64,000 bases of DNA from assembly GCF_006345805.1 (NCBI RefSeq), contig NC_043014.1, forward strand, positions 12,028,001 through 12,092,000, written 5' to 3'. Made by a program: the position numbers and the translations under genes. Of the stretch, positions 1 to 11,507 are shown in pieces (positions within the stretch are counted from its first letter, which is position 1; each line of letters begins with the position of its first letter). This DNA comes from Octopus sinensis. Lineage: Eukaryota. The notes beneath the pieces were generated by a model. The model was not told the origin of the DNA and did no database searches. It was given only the letters and a program-made list of their open reading frames with translations.

Positions 1-149
1 TAATCAATTCGTAGTGAACGCAGCTTCTAACAATGATTCCAGGACTAATGCAAGGGAGACAAAATTTAAGATTTTCTTATGATCTATAAATTTATTTATC
101 CCAAAATCCCGTACAGTCTCGTGTAGCTTCGTGTATTATCCTCGACTAC

Positions 150-320
150 CAACATTCTATGTGGAAAATTTGATAATTGTTGAGAAATTTCTCTCAGCAT
201 GAAGCCAAAGGTAGTCTTCTTAACCCACAAGTTATCTTGTTAGTCTAGATAACTCCATCAATTATCGTCCAATAGTCCTTGCAATTTCGCAGTATTTTCG
301 ATAAGATTGTTGATTTTCGT
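150..320 (+). pseudogene. Decayed LINE reverse transcriptase fragment
   Basis: gataactccatcaattatcgtccaatagtcctt translates DNSINYRPIVL, resembling the NYRPISL motif of LINE RTs; surrounded by stops and frameshifts. Confidence 0.4.
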
Positions 321-450
321 GGCACCCTCAGTAAGCCGCTGCTGTAGTATGTGAGTGGACACAAAGGACGAAATGAGACAGGGTCTGTAGTCTAAATAAT
401 AAAATATATAGAAAACAGAAAGGCAAGGACATAACAAACATTAAGAAAAA

Positions 451-495
<45 letters not shown>

Positions 496-695
496 GTTAG
501 ATAAGGCCGGTCTATGGGATTACCTTGGGTTTCACGTCCATAAAGCGCTGCGCTTTACAGCGTATCATCAGAACATAAACATGTTGCTAGAGAGAACGTA
601 GGCCAACAGCTTTAGGGTCACGCGATGCATTGTAAAACGAAGCGCTTTATGGAAATGAAACCCAGGTTAATCTCATAGACCGGCCTGATTCTAAC
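496..695. mobile_element. Fold-back/MITE-like element with ~70-bp imperfect inverted arms
   Basis: Arm 496-566 (gttagataaggccggtctatgggattacc...) matches the reverse complement of 624-695 (...taatctcatagaccggcctgattctaac). Confidence 0.8.
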
Positions 696-723
696 TTTAT
701 CTATATACTATATAGATAAAGTT
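693..723. repeat. Perfect 15-bp-arm palindrome
   Basis: aactttatctatata-c-tatatagataaagtt. Confidence 0.85.
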
Positions 724-771
724 ATATCTATATAACTTAGTGTACTTTCTCGGATTTATGATTTACCAACG

Positions 772-857
<86 letters not shown>

Positions 858-861
<4 letters not shown>

Positions 862-1020
862 GTGGTCGGAGAGTGAGCTTTGGTTTCGCACCTATAGAGC
901 ACTTAGGCTTCCAGTTGTAGGAGATTATATGTGTCTACGGCCATTTGGGTCTGATGTGATGCCTCTATGGTTAAGCGCTTTATAGGTGTGAAACCAATGT
1001 TCACTCTCTGATCGGCCATA
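858..1020. mobile_element. Fold-back/MITE-like element with ~50-bp arms, related to the 496-695 arms
   Basis: 858-908 matches the reverse complement of 969-1020; shares ggccg.tc..gag..aac..ggtttca...ataaagcgctt with the 496-695 element. Confidence 0.75.
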
Positions 1021-1099
1021 ACAACCAGCTTCCCCAAAAACATATTACTGCTTTAATGTTTTCGAGTATGCTTCTTTTTCGGATGTATGAACTACTGAC

Positions 1100-1184
<85 letters not shown>

Positions 1185-1238
1185 GTAGGTAGTTTGCTAG
1201 GTAGGTATATAGGTAGATAGATAGACAGACAGGCAGAC

Positions 1239-1306
<68 letters not shown>

Positions 1307-1345
1307 GGATATGTACATACCCATGTATACGTGTTTGTGTGTGTG

Positions 1346-1398
<53 letters not shown>

Positions 1399-1491
1399 TT
1401 TGTGTGTATGGATGTGTAAATGTAAACAAACAAATATTTGATTTTTATTAGACGCGTCGAAATATGTATTGTACGATAAAAATAAGAAGAT

Positions 1492-1679
1492 ATTTTTTCG
1501 AACGCGGTGTTGCCGTTAGAATAGCAGAAATATTGTATAAATTACCCTTACAGGGCGGAAAAAGAAAAAAAAACATGTCAACAATCCTTTGGCTGGTTGT
1601 TGACAAGTTTTTCCGCCATGTAAGGGTAATTTACCGAGTATTTCTGCTGTTCTAACGACAACTCTGCGTTCGAAAAAAT
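1492..1679. mobile_element. Fold-back element with ~80-bp arms and a small loop
   Basis: ttcgaacgcggtgttgccgttagaatagcagaaata...tgtcaaca vs tgttgaca...tatttctgctgttctaacgacaactctgcgttcgaa. Confidence 0.8.
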
Positions 1680-1680
1680 G

Positions 1681-1713
<33 letters not shown>

Positions 1714-1714
1714 C

Positions 1715-1766
<52 letters not shown>

Positions 1767-1771
1767 TATAG

Positions 1772-1806
<35 letters not shown>

Positions 1807-1942
1807 TGTATGTATGTATGTATGTATGTATGTGTGTATGTATGTATATATTTACATACATACACAGATGCGTATACAAATGTATTCATACGTTCATATA
1901 TACTTATATATACGTGTTTATGTATGTACACATTCATATATT

Positions 1943-2031
<89 letters not shown>

Positions 2032-2063
2032 TGAATATGTATGTATGTTTATGTTTGTATATG

Positions 2064-2487
2064 GTATGTAATTCGGAGTATCTTTAGCCAAGTTAAATAT
2101 TGCCTTGTTTAAATGAAGTAATCGTAATAAACATAATAATCCTCGATAAACGATACCATCCATGCTCGCCCCCTCTGACATTCTAGCTGACTGTGATTAC
2201 ACATGTGCGCGAGTGCGTGTGTGTGTAGATGTGTATTTTGAGAGTGGTGTGGGTATGTACCGTGTATGTATGTATTGTACACGTGTCTGAACAACAGGCA
2301 CGTAACTACGTATATGTGTACAGTGCGAAAGTAGTAACACTGGTCTCAGAAGACTGTTATGTCAGTTAAGGAGGCAAATATAATGAAAGTTATCCTTTAT
2401 CGAGGATTACTGAGTGTGTTTAGACGTGGTTGGTTCATTTAAACAAGGTAATACTTAGCCTGAGCAAAGTTAGTTGGAATTACGTAC
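2064..2487. mobile_element. Older fold-back element with ~110-bp diverged arms
   Basis: tattgccttgtttaaatgaa...taatcctcgataaa (left) vs tttatcgaggatta...ttcatttaaacaaggtaata (right). Confidence 0.65.
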
Positions 2488-2552
2488 TTACGAACATACC
2501 CACATACCCCGCGCCCTACTGTCACACACATATACAGTATATATGTGATATG

Positions 2553-2595
<43 letters not shown>

Positions 2596-2600
2596 ATATG

Positions 2601-2631
<31 letters not shown>

Positions 2632-2674
2632 ATATATATTATATATACATACATACATTCATACATACATACAT

Positions 2675-2838
2675 AGGCGCAGGAGTGGCTATGTGGTAAG
2701 AAGTTTGCTTCCCAACCACATTGTTCCGGTTTCAGTTCCACTGCGTGGCACCTTGGGTAAGTGTCTTCTACTATTGCCTCGCACTGAGCAAAACCTTCGG
2801 AGTGGGATTGGTAGACGGAAACTTAAAGAAACAAGTCG

Positions 2839-2869
<31 letters not shown>

Positions 2870-3082
2870 ATGTGTGTGTGTGTGTGTGTGTGTGTCAGTG
2901 TCAGTGTCTCTCCTCCCACCATCGCTTGCGAACCGATGTTCGTGTGTTTACGTCCTCATAACCTAACAGTTTGGCAAAAGAGACCGATAGGCTTACAAAG
3001 AAAAAGAATAAGTCGATTTGTGCGACTGAAGGTGGTGCTCCAGCATAACTGAAGTCAAATGCCTGAAACAGGTAAAGAAAAG
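2675..3082 (+). mobile_element. tRNA-head SINE family A, full length, with internal (TA)n(TG)n tract
   Basis: A-box-like tggctatgtgg and B-box-like ggtttcagttcc; body shared with ~17 copies in the window; tail gtcaaatgNctgaaacaRgtaaaga. Confidence 0.85.
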
Positions 3083-3556
3083 ATATATACATACATACAT
3101 GCACGCATACATACATGCATGCATGCATGCATACATTCATACGTACATACGCACATACATACAAACAAAAATACCTTGTTGTTGAAGTTGAAATTCCATT
3201 GTAGGAGCCTTGGATCTAGGTTAGAAACCGGTTCTTTCTCTATTGGCAAGAAATCTTGAAAGAAAACTGAATAAGGACATACATACATGTTATCATACAG
3301 CTTTATTTCTAAATTTCTTTTGTGTCTGGGGAGAGTCATTTTCTTTTTGTGACTTATAATGTAACACACTCACCGGTAAAATTTCCATATATTTCCTATT
3401 TTTATTTTCCTATTGAAAAGGTTGCAAGACGCAACGAAAATTTAAGGAAAATAAAATAAGGAATAAGTGGAAATTTTACAGGTGAGAGTGTTAAATTATA
3501 AGGCACAAAAGGAAAGCGACTCTCCCCAGACACAACAGAATATGCTTCAACACACG

Positions 3557-3739
3557 AACTCACATACCAAATCCACTCACATACCAAATCCACTCACAAA
3601 TACCAAATCCACACACAAGGCTTTGGTTGGCCCGAGGATATAGTAGAAGACACTTGCTCAAGGTGCCACGCAGTGGGACTGAACCCGGAACCATGTGGTT
3701 GGCAAGCAAGCTACTTACCACACAGCCACTCCTACGCCT
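3557..3739 (-). mobile_element. SINE A 5' half with a local triplication of ataccaaatccactcac
   Basis: Reverse complement of the family A head and body. Confidence 0.85.
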
Positions 3740-3744
3740 ATAAA

Positions 3745-3900
3745 TTCCAGATCTTTACGTTTCAAATTCCACCAAGGTCATCTTTGCCTTTCATCCTTTC
3801 GGGGTTGATAAAATAAGTACCAGTAAAACACTGGGGTCAATGTAATCGACTTACTCCCTCCGCCTACCGTTAAATTTGCTGGCCTTGCAACAAAATTTTG
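3745..3900 (+). mobile_element. SINE family B fragment
   Basis: Core tttgcctttcatcctttcggggttgataaaataagtaccagt. Confidence 0.7.
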
Positions 3901-3914
3901 AGAGGAAGGCAACG

Positions 3915-4152
3915 AGACAAAATGGGCGTCGGATAAAATGCATAGCGGCCTTTCTCCCAGCGCTTTATGATCTGAGTTTTCTTCTCACCTGTGCCAAATT
4001 TGTCTTTCGGTCTTTCAAGATCGATAAAATAAAATACCAGTTCGTCCCTTCCACCGCTTGATAACCAGTACTGGTTTGTTTACGTCCTCGTAACCTATCG
4101 GTTCGGCAAAGAGGAAGAGAAGATAGAATAAATACCAGACTCAAAAAATAAG
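3915..4152 (+). mobile_element. Decayed chimeric SINE (B-like head and core joined to A-like 3' half)
   Basis: gatcgataaaataaaataccagt followed by ccaccgcttgataacc...tttacgtcctcgtaacc...ggttcggcaaaga. Confidence 0.5.
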
Positions 4153-4207
4153 TTCTGGGATAAGCGATAAACATAAGCGAACACACATACATATATATAG
4201 AGAGAGG

Positions 4208-4254
4208 TGAGGGTTGATGATGGCTTAGCTTGCCGAAACTTCGAAGTCCCTGTC
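4208..4254 (+). ncRNA. Type I hammerhead-like motif, C3U variant
   Basis: ggg-TTGATGA-t-GGC ttagctt GCC-GAAAC ttcgaa GTC-cct; stem III acttcgaagt is a perfect palindrome; stem I only ~3 bp. Confidence 0.55.
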
Positions 4255-4380
4255 GGTACTATTCTTACTAAAGAATAATAAATTTCTCTTCTACAAAAGT
4301 ATGGAGTAACCCTTCAAATTAATGTAAAATTGTTTTTATTGTTACTGAACATAAAAACCAGCGTTAGTACATATATATAT

Positions 4381-4930
4381 TCGACAGGCTTCTTTCAGTT
4401 TCCGTCAACCAAAATACTCGGCAATCCTTCGATGTAACTCGACAAAACCAAAACAAACACTCAGCTGTTTCCGTGACAACACGACAATTCACTTCGGATA
4501 TCTTCGTGACCTCCGTGACAGCTGCTGTGACATCTGTGTGTGTGCGTGCTTGTTCTTGTGTGTGTGTGCGTGCTTGTTCTTGTCTGTGTGTGCGTGTGTG
4601 TGTGTGTGTGCGTGCTTGTTCTTGTCTGTGTAAGCACGCACACACGCACACACACACACACATACACACAGACACGCACAGTGGTCACAGCAGCTGTCAC
4701 AGAGGTCACGAGGATATCCGAAGTGAATTGTCGAGTTGTCACGGAAACAGCCGAGTGTTTGTTTTAGTTTTGTCGAATTATATCGAAGGATTGCCAAATC
4801 CTCTCACAAGGATTCGGTCGGTCTGAGGATATAGTAGAAAACATTTGTCCAAGGTGTCATGAAGTGGAACTGAACCTGGAACCATATGGTTGGGAAGCCA
4901 ACATCATACCACACAGCCACGGTTGTGCCT
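4381..4930 (-). mobile_element. SINE A 5' half interrupted by a fold-back element
   Basis: tttcagtttccgtcaaccaaa [insert] aatcctctcacaagg...cacagccacgg. Confidence 0.8.
4420..4797. mobile_element. Palindromic fold-back element, ~112-bp arms plus complementary (TG)n/(CA)n core
   Basis: ggcaatccttcgat...gctgtgac vs gtcacagc...atcgaaggattgcc; the ORFs on both strands start MTTRQFTSDI. Confidence 0.85.
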
Positions 4931-5783
4931 ACACATTTTTTTGTTTTTTTTCTTTCTATCAGTTACATGACAAATATTTTCTATTAGTTACATTTACCCA
5001 GTACACAACCTTCCCATTCAAATCTTTTATTGCTAATTTTAAACTGTAATTTGAACTTTAAATCAAACTGAACTGACTTCCACTAAACCAATCCTAGCCT
5101 CATTTTCTGTAAAGACCAATGAAAACTCCATCCTTCGACCCAATTTTTCACCTCGTTTTTTAAATCCCACCTTCTGATGATGCTCCTCCTTTCTCCTTAG
5201 CTTAACCAATATCACACAATCACTGAGAAATGCACACACGCAAAATGCCTTCCTTTTTACTGTTTTATTTCAATTTCTTTTTCTTCCAGTTTTCTTTATC
5301 TGTTGGTTGTTCTCATTTAGGATTAGTTGAACATGTGAACAGGAAAAAAAATGACTAAACAATTGTCCATATGCCAAGAACCAGAAAACTGCTATTCGCT
5401 GTCTAATGGCATTACATTGAGTCACAGATGGTTGTTGAGTCAACGGATTAATAATGAATCATCATCCTAGACCGAGTGAAGGAGGGGGAGTCGATGATTC
5501 ATTTTTACTCAATCACCAACTGCATGTTCGGTGTCCACAGCCAAAAGACTTTAAAACATTATCGCTTGCTCCGTCCCCTAAACTGTAAATTTCGCCCATA
5601 AAGCTAATTGCTTACTTGCGCGATTGTGAAGCTATATGGTTGCGTGACCAGGGGATTAAATTGAGAAAGACACTTTCTAGTATAGAAGCTGGCAGTTCGT
5701 ATCATGACAGACTCACTATGTTGTCTGTAACCAAAAGACATAACTTTCACCTGGATCAGTCCAGCACGGTGATAATTCGCTAA

Positions 5784-6210
5784 GGAAGCGAGCTGGTAGA
5801 ATCGTTAGCACGCCGGGCAAAATGCTTAGCAGTATTTCGTCTGCCGCTGCGTTCTGAGTTCAAATTCCGACGAGGTCGACTTTGCCTTTCATCCTTTCGG
5901 GGTCGATAAATTAAGTACCAGTTACACACTGGGGTCGATGTAATCGACTTAATCCCTTTGTCTGTCCTCGTTTGTCTCCTCCATACTTAGCCCCTTGTGA
6001 GCAATAAAGAAATAAAAATCGTTAGCTGATCGGGCAAAACGCTTAGCAGCTATTTCTTCCGGGTCGTTACATTCTGAGTTCAAATCCTGCTGTGGACATT
6101 TTTACCTTTCATTCCTTCGGGATCGATAAAATGAAGTACCAGTCAAGTACTGAGATAGATGAAATCGACTATCCCCCACCCCTCTAAATTGCTGGCCTTG
6201 AACTCTAAAA
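5784..6210 (+). mobile_element. SINE B with tail 1 followed directly by a second B copy
   Basis: A-box tggtagaatcgttag, B-box gagttcaaattcc; junction aaagaaataa|aaatcgttagc at ~6015. Confidence 0.85.
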
Positions 6211-6523
6211 CGGACCGGCGTTCTATTCACTGGTGATGTTGTGATCTTGGTCACTGACACACTTTGGAAACCGAGTAACCAGCTTTGTGATTCCTGAGAT
6301 TCGAAAAAGTATTCGCCTTTCAAAATAGTGACACCCTCTTATGTAGGCAATTCGTATCGGGTTAAATGAACTGCGATGCGTCTGGCTACGAACTTAACTT
6401 CTACATGGCTCAGTCGGCCTAGCTGTAAACCCACTTTACCACTCAGCGAAAGCATCTATCCGAAAGTTGATTGTCTCTGTTGTAATTACCATCGGCATTG
6501 CCTCTCATATGTGATCGAAATAT

Positions 6524-6905
6524 TGGATTCAAATTTTGAGAGGAGAGGGAAGGAGATAGTCAATTACATCGACCCAGCACTCAACCAGTGCATATTTTAT
6601 CGACCCGGAAAAGATGAAAGGCAAAGTCGACCTCGGCGGAACTTGAACCCAGAACGTAAAGACCGGCGAAATACCTATTTCTTTACTACCCACAAGGGGC
6701 TAAACACAGAAGGGACAAACAAGGACAGACAAACGTATTAAGTCGATTATATCGACTCCAGTGCGTAACTGGTACTTATTTAATATACCCCGAAAAGATG
6801 AAAGGCAAAGTCGACCTTGGCGGAATTTGAACTCAGAATCAAATGGCAGGCGAAATACTGCTAAGCATTTCGCCCGGCGTATTAACGTTTCTGCCAGCTC
6901 GCATT
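6524..6905 (-). mobile_element. Dimeric SINE B flanked by a 17-bp TSD
   Basis: Internal junction gaaatacc|tatttcttt; TSD atatgtgatcgaaatat (6507-6523) / atatgtagtcgaaatat (6906-6922). Confidence 0.9.
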
Positions 6906-7302
6906 ATATGTAGTCGAAATATCGAGTTTTAATTTGCTGTCAATAGATTCCAAAATTACGATACCATTGTATTCTGTTCTTTGACTGACCAACACTCTTG
7001 ATTACACGAAGCCCACGTGGCTGAAATAGATACAAGTCAGGCCAGAATGGAGAAAGTAAGCCGCCATTTGAGTAAAAAGAGATGATGAGCAATGACTAGA
7101 AGACTATTGAGTGAAATCTAGCAACCGGTTGATGTAGCAAGCGAAGCCTTATCTTAGTGATGGGGCAATGATACTACCGAGAGGAGGGCTTCGAAACAAC
7201 ATGCATTCTCTCCTGAAGACCTCAAAAGCCTCTTTGTGTCTTTTCAGCAAGTAGCACTTGTATCTGCAGGTTGTTTGCAAATAATCTATTTATATTTATT
7301 GT

Positions 7303-7330
7303 ATACACACATACATACATACATACATAC

Positions 7331-7363
<33 letters not shown>

Positions 7364-8059
7364 CATACATAGATACACATACATACATACATACATACAT
7401 ACATACATACATAGACATACATACATACATACATACATACATACATACATACATACATACATACATACATACATACATAGACATACGTACATGCATACAT
7501 ACATAGATACATACATACATACATACATACATACATCATACATAGACATACATACATACATAGACATACGTACATGCATACATACATACATACATAGACA
7601 TACATACATACATACAAACATACATACATACATCATACATAGACATACATACATACATACATAGACATACATACATACATACATACATAGACATACATAC
7701 ATACATACATACATAGACATACATACATACATACATACATACATAGACATACATACATACATACATACATACATAGACATACGTACATACAAACATACAT
7801 ACATACATACATACATACACACATACATACATACATACATGCATACATACATACATACATAGACATACATAGACATACATAGACATACATACATACATAC
7901 ATACATACATAGACATACGTACATACATACATGCATACAAACATACATACATACATAGACATACGTACATACATACATGCATACAAACATACATACATAC
8001 ATACATACATACATACATACATACATACATACATACATACATAGACATACATACATACA

Positions 8060-8090
<31 letters not shown>
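7303..8090. repeat. (CATA)n microsatellite with periodic gacat variants
   Basis: Read directly from the sequence. Confidence 0.95.
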
Positions 8091-8091
<1 letters not shown>

Positions 8092-8394
8092 GATGTGTTA
8101 GCATTAAGGTTAAAGATTTACTTACGGAGATAGCGATTATACAACTGGATTCCATTATACAGTAAAACGTGAAAATCAGACAATCTTTGAGTGATATATT
8201 CTTCTATGCACAATCATACATACCCGTGTATGTATGTTGGCTGTGTGGTAAGTAGCTTGCTTACCAATCACATGGTTCCGGGTTCAGTCCCGCTGCGTTG
8301 AACCTTGGGCAAGTGCCTTCTACTATAGCCTCGGACCGACTAAAGCCTTGTGATTGGATTAGGTAGATGGAAACTGAAAGAAGCCCGTCGTATA

Positions 8395-8467
<73 letters not shown>

Positions 8468-8469
<2 letters not shown>

Positions 8470-8800
8470 ATATTAAGTATAGGAAAGAATGGAGCTGAAC
8501 GAAGATTTAACAAAATTCCTTAATTTTATTTTCGACATATGTTTCGAAGTCTGCAAAGTCCCTAATTCCGATTGAATAAGGAGTCCATTTTGCAGCTTTC
8601 TCTTCAGGAAAATCCAGGAACTTAATTCTCCAACAAAATGCACAACAAGCTTTTCGACAAATGCTCACGAGGAGCCCATGAAATCATTAATTTCATGGGC
8701 TCCTCGTGAGCGTTTGTCGAAAAGCTTGTTGTGCATTTATAAAATAAAGGAATTTTGTTAAATCTTCGTTCAGCTCCATTCTTTCCTATACTTAATATAT
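8468..8800. mobile_element. Penelope pLTR-like element: perfect 54-bp outer inverted repeat, a hammerhead and an inner 48-bp hairpin
   Basis: 8468-8521 is the exact reverse complement of 8747-8800; 8636-8683 pairs with 8691-8738 with one G-T. Confidence 0.8.
8528..8613 (-). ncRNA. Type I hammerhead ribozyme, long stem II
   Basis: Minus strand: ATTTTC-CTGAAGA-gaaagctgcaaa...tttgcagacttc-GAAAC atat GTC-GAAAAT; 6-bp stem I; palindromic stem III acatatgt. Confidence 0.85.
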
Positions 8801-8944
8801 AAAACTTCAAATTTCCGCACTAAGGCACGGATTTTATGCCCCATGGTCGTAACTTCAACCGTGCCCTTTCTGTTGTGACTTTTGCTACCCAGGTATCGGT
8901 TATCATTTGAATTATCCGTAATAAGATAATTCATTTATCTACTT

Positions 8945-9012
<68 letters not shown>

Positions 9013-9388
9013 CTGTGTTTGTGTGTCTGTGTTTGTCCCTCCAAACATCGCTTGACAACCGATGGTGGCGTGTTTACGTCCTCGTAACTTAGCTGTTCGG
9101 CAAAAGAGACCGATAGAATAAGTAATAGGCTTCCAAAGAATAATTCCTGGGGGCCGATTTGCTCGACTAAAGGGGTGCTCCAGCATGGCCACAGTCAAAT
9201 GACTGAAACAAGTAAAAGAGTAAAAGAGTATATATATATATATATATATATACATAGTAATAATGATGATGATGATGATGATAGTAATAACAGTAATAAT
9301 AATAATAATATAATAATAATAATAATAATAATAAGTAACAACAAAAGATGAGACCTCGATATTAGATAAATGGACGATTATTTATATA

Positions 9389-9453
9389 CGTTAGCTGACG
9401 AGAATGTATCGTAGCTCTTCACTCTGACATTCGAAACTCCGAGTACTATAATG
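9389..9453 (+). ncRNA. Type I hammerhead ribozyme
   Basis: tag-CTGACGA-GAATGT...ACATTC-GAAAC tccga GTA-cta; perfect 6-bp stem II; near-palindromic stem III actccgagt. Confidence 0.75.
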
Positions 9454-9539
9454 ACAATCTTTTACTGTTTGTTCTAAATTATAACACACACACGCGCGCA
9501 TATAAATATATATATACATAAATATATATATATATAAAT

Positions 9540-9703
9540 ATAATTTCAACAATTGAGGGTAAAATTAATTAATTAATCAATTTCACCAAGTATTCAGTAT
9601 GCAAAGGGACCATTTAAGGCGAATTCAAATTATTACATTATATAAAAGGGCTTAGTAAAATATGCGGCAAAGTAATTTATTTTACTAAGCCCTTTTATAT
9701 AAT
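9540..9703 (-). mobile_element. pLTR-like tail remnant ending in a perfect 26-bp hairpin
   Basis: gagggtaaaattaattaattaatcaatttcaccaagta resembles 17659-17700; arms 9637-9662 and 9678-9703 are exact reverse complements. Confidence 0.6.
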
Positions 9704-10704
9704 ATATATAAATATATATATATATATATACGAGCAAAATGCCCCCTCCCCCGTCCAATGGACGGTGCTGAGTTGTCAATCATTTAAACCAAATTTTCTG
9801 AAAACAACTTATCCGACCATCCCATAGGCCTCCCCTTTGAGAAACACTGATTTAACCTAAATTTGAGACACCAGCAAAAGAAGAAATAAAGATGGAATTC
9901 TTTTCTATTCCAAAGAAAAACGATTTTATTCACTTTATCAATAGCATTTTCACCTGAAATCGATTTTTGTAATTTTTTCAAGACTTATACACGCCCTGAT
10001 ACCGTCGGTATCTACATATCAAATTTGAGCGCAATCAGATGGAGGATGCCCTAGATCCTAGAAGACACACACACAGACAGAACGGATTTTATATTTTTTC
10101 TAGTGAGCGTTACTTTCGCACATGTCTTACCTTCATTCTGAATTCTGTTGCATAACCAAAAGGCCTTCTGTGTATACAAACACTTGTGTCCTTCGCTGTG
10201 TGTTTATTTTTTTCGTTACAGTTTTTATTTTCATTTTATGTATTTTTCCAGCTCTCTTCCTAACTCGTCCTTTTTATCGTTCGGTCTTAGAGGCCCAGGT
10301 GTTTTATAATTTTTTTCTGTTTGTATTTGTCACTTGTTTTATTGTGTCTTTGATGTTTGGTCATTCGACTGCAACATCCTCTTGTCGTTGACGTCACCAA
10401 ATTGGACAACATCATTGAAATTGAGGCGTCGAAACTGAGATGATTCTTGATCTATAATAAGGAGGGACGATCGTGTCCGCGTCCTATGTGTCTGTGTGTT
10501 TTGTCCTGTTTTATGTATGTTCCTTTATCTTCCCCTCGTGCCACATTTTACGATTGTCCGGGTTAACCGATGGTAGAGGCTAATATTTGAGACCTAAACA
10601 CAGTTTAGAGTTTCTGAACATATAATCTTCTGCATCATGGAGTAACATGCTTTATAATAAATCTATCAATCTTCTGGACCATGAGTGACATACTTTATAA
10701 TAAA

Positions 10705-11099
10705 CTAGCAGTATCGCCCGGCATTTCTTGGGTTTGTAAGGGAAATAACTATATAAGCATTTTAGAGAGTTATAGCCAAAAAATAGCAAAAAATGCATAA
10801 AAAATGGGAAAAAAATTATGGTAAATTTTTTTTTAAATCGTTGACTCATTGTAGACATTTTTAGAGAGTTACTTCCCTTATATGAAAGCGAAAAAAATGC
10901 ATTAAAATGGAAAAAATGATGGTAATTTTTTTTTTAATCGTAGACTCATCGTAGACGCGCGCTAATACCCAGAAGGGCTCGATATGAATCACGACTATAA
11001 GATACCCGGTTTTCGTTAAACTGCACCGCAAAATGTGGGAGTAGTTAGGAATCTAAATCGTAGGAGACAGACACACAACCTCTCTTTTATATATAAAGA
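10705..11099 (-). mobile_element. Non-autonomous Helitron-like element
   Basis: Minus strand begins TC(tttatatataaaa) and ends with a GC hairpin remnant plus CTAG, inserted between A and T; family shared with 59754-60044. Confidence 0.75.
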
Positions 11100-11507
11100 T
11101 TATGATTTAAGTAATGGTTTATTAGTTACAAAAGAAAAATGGTGGTTTCTTAAACTAAAAACTCTTTTTGTTTTATTTAATATATTTCAGTAACTGGCAA
11201 GTTATACGAATATAATAAAAAGACCCAGGAAAGACGTTGGGTTACAAAGTGACCAAGTGAAGAAGAGAATATTTTTTAAAAAGACGAAAAAGGAAGCAGT
11301 AAGGAGAAGAGGAAGAAAACATGGCGTAAAGTTGACACTGACATTATAAAGAGATGCAAGCACATACACAACACTGCTACGCACGAGCACACACATGCAC
11401 ACATACGCGCATATATGTGGATTGTACCAATCGATTAGACTAATAATTATACTATTTATATACCAGCAGTCAATCGAGGTGTATAAATATATCTATAAAT
11501 ACAGATA

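Larger units (their letters stand above)
8238..9228 (+). mobile_element. SINE A whose internal (TA)n tract hosts a ~480-bp insertion
   Basis: 5' half 8238-8392, insert ~8470-8947, 3' half ~9015-9228. Confidence 0.85.

Noticed and set aside
505-575. Minus-strand CTGATGA...stem...GAAAC ccaag GTA in the first fold-back, and a similar ctgatgtga...gaaac caat gtt at ~950-1003
   Set aside because: Stem I does not pair and the second core is non-canonical; probably chance, though worth rechecking against the family consensus
2675-2760. tRNA genes suggested by A/B boxes
   Set aside because: The boxes belong to SINE heads that continue into SINE bodies; no cloverleaf with acceptor stem
10375-10450. 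gacg...cgtc-gaaac-tgag in a pLTR-like remnant
   Set aside because: No CUGANGA core and no NUH triplet; too decayed to call
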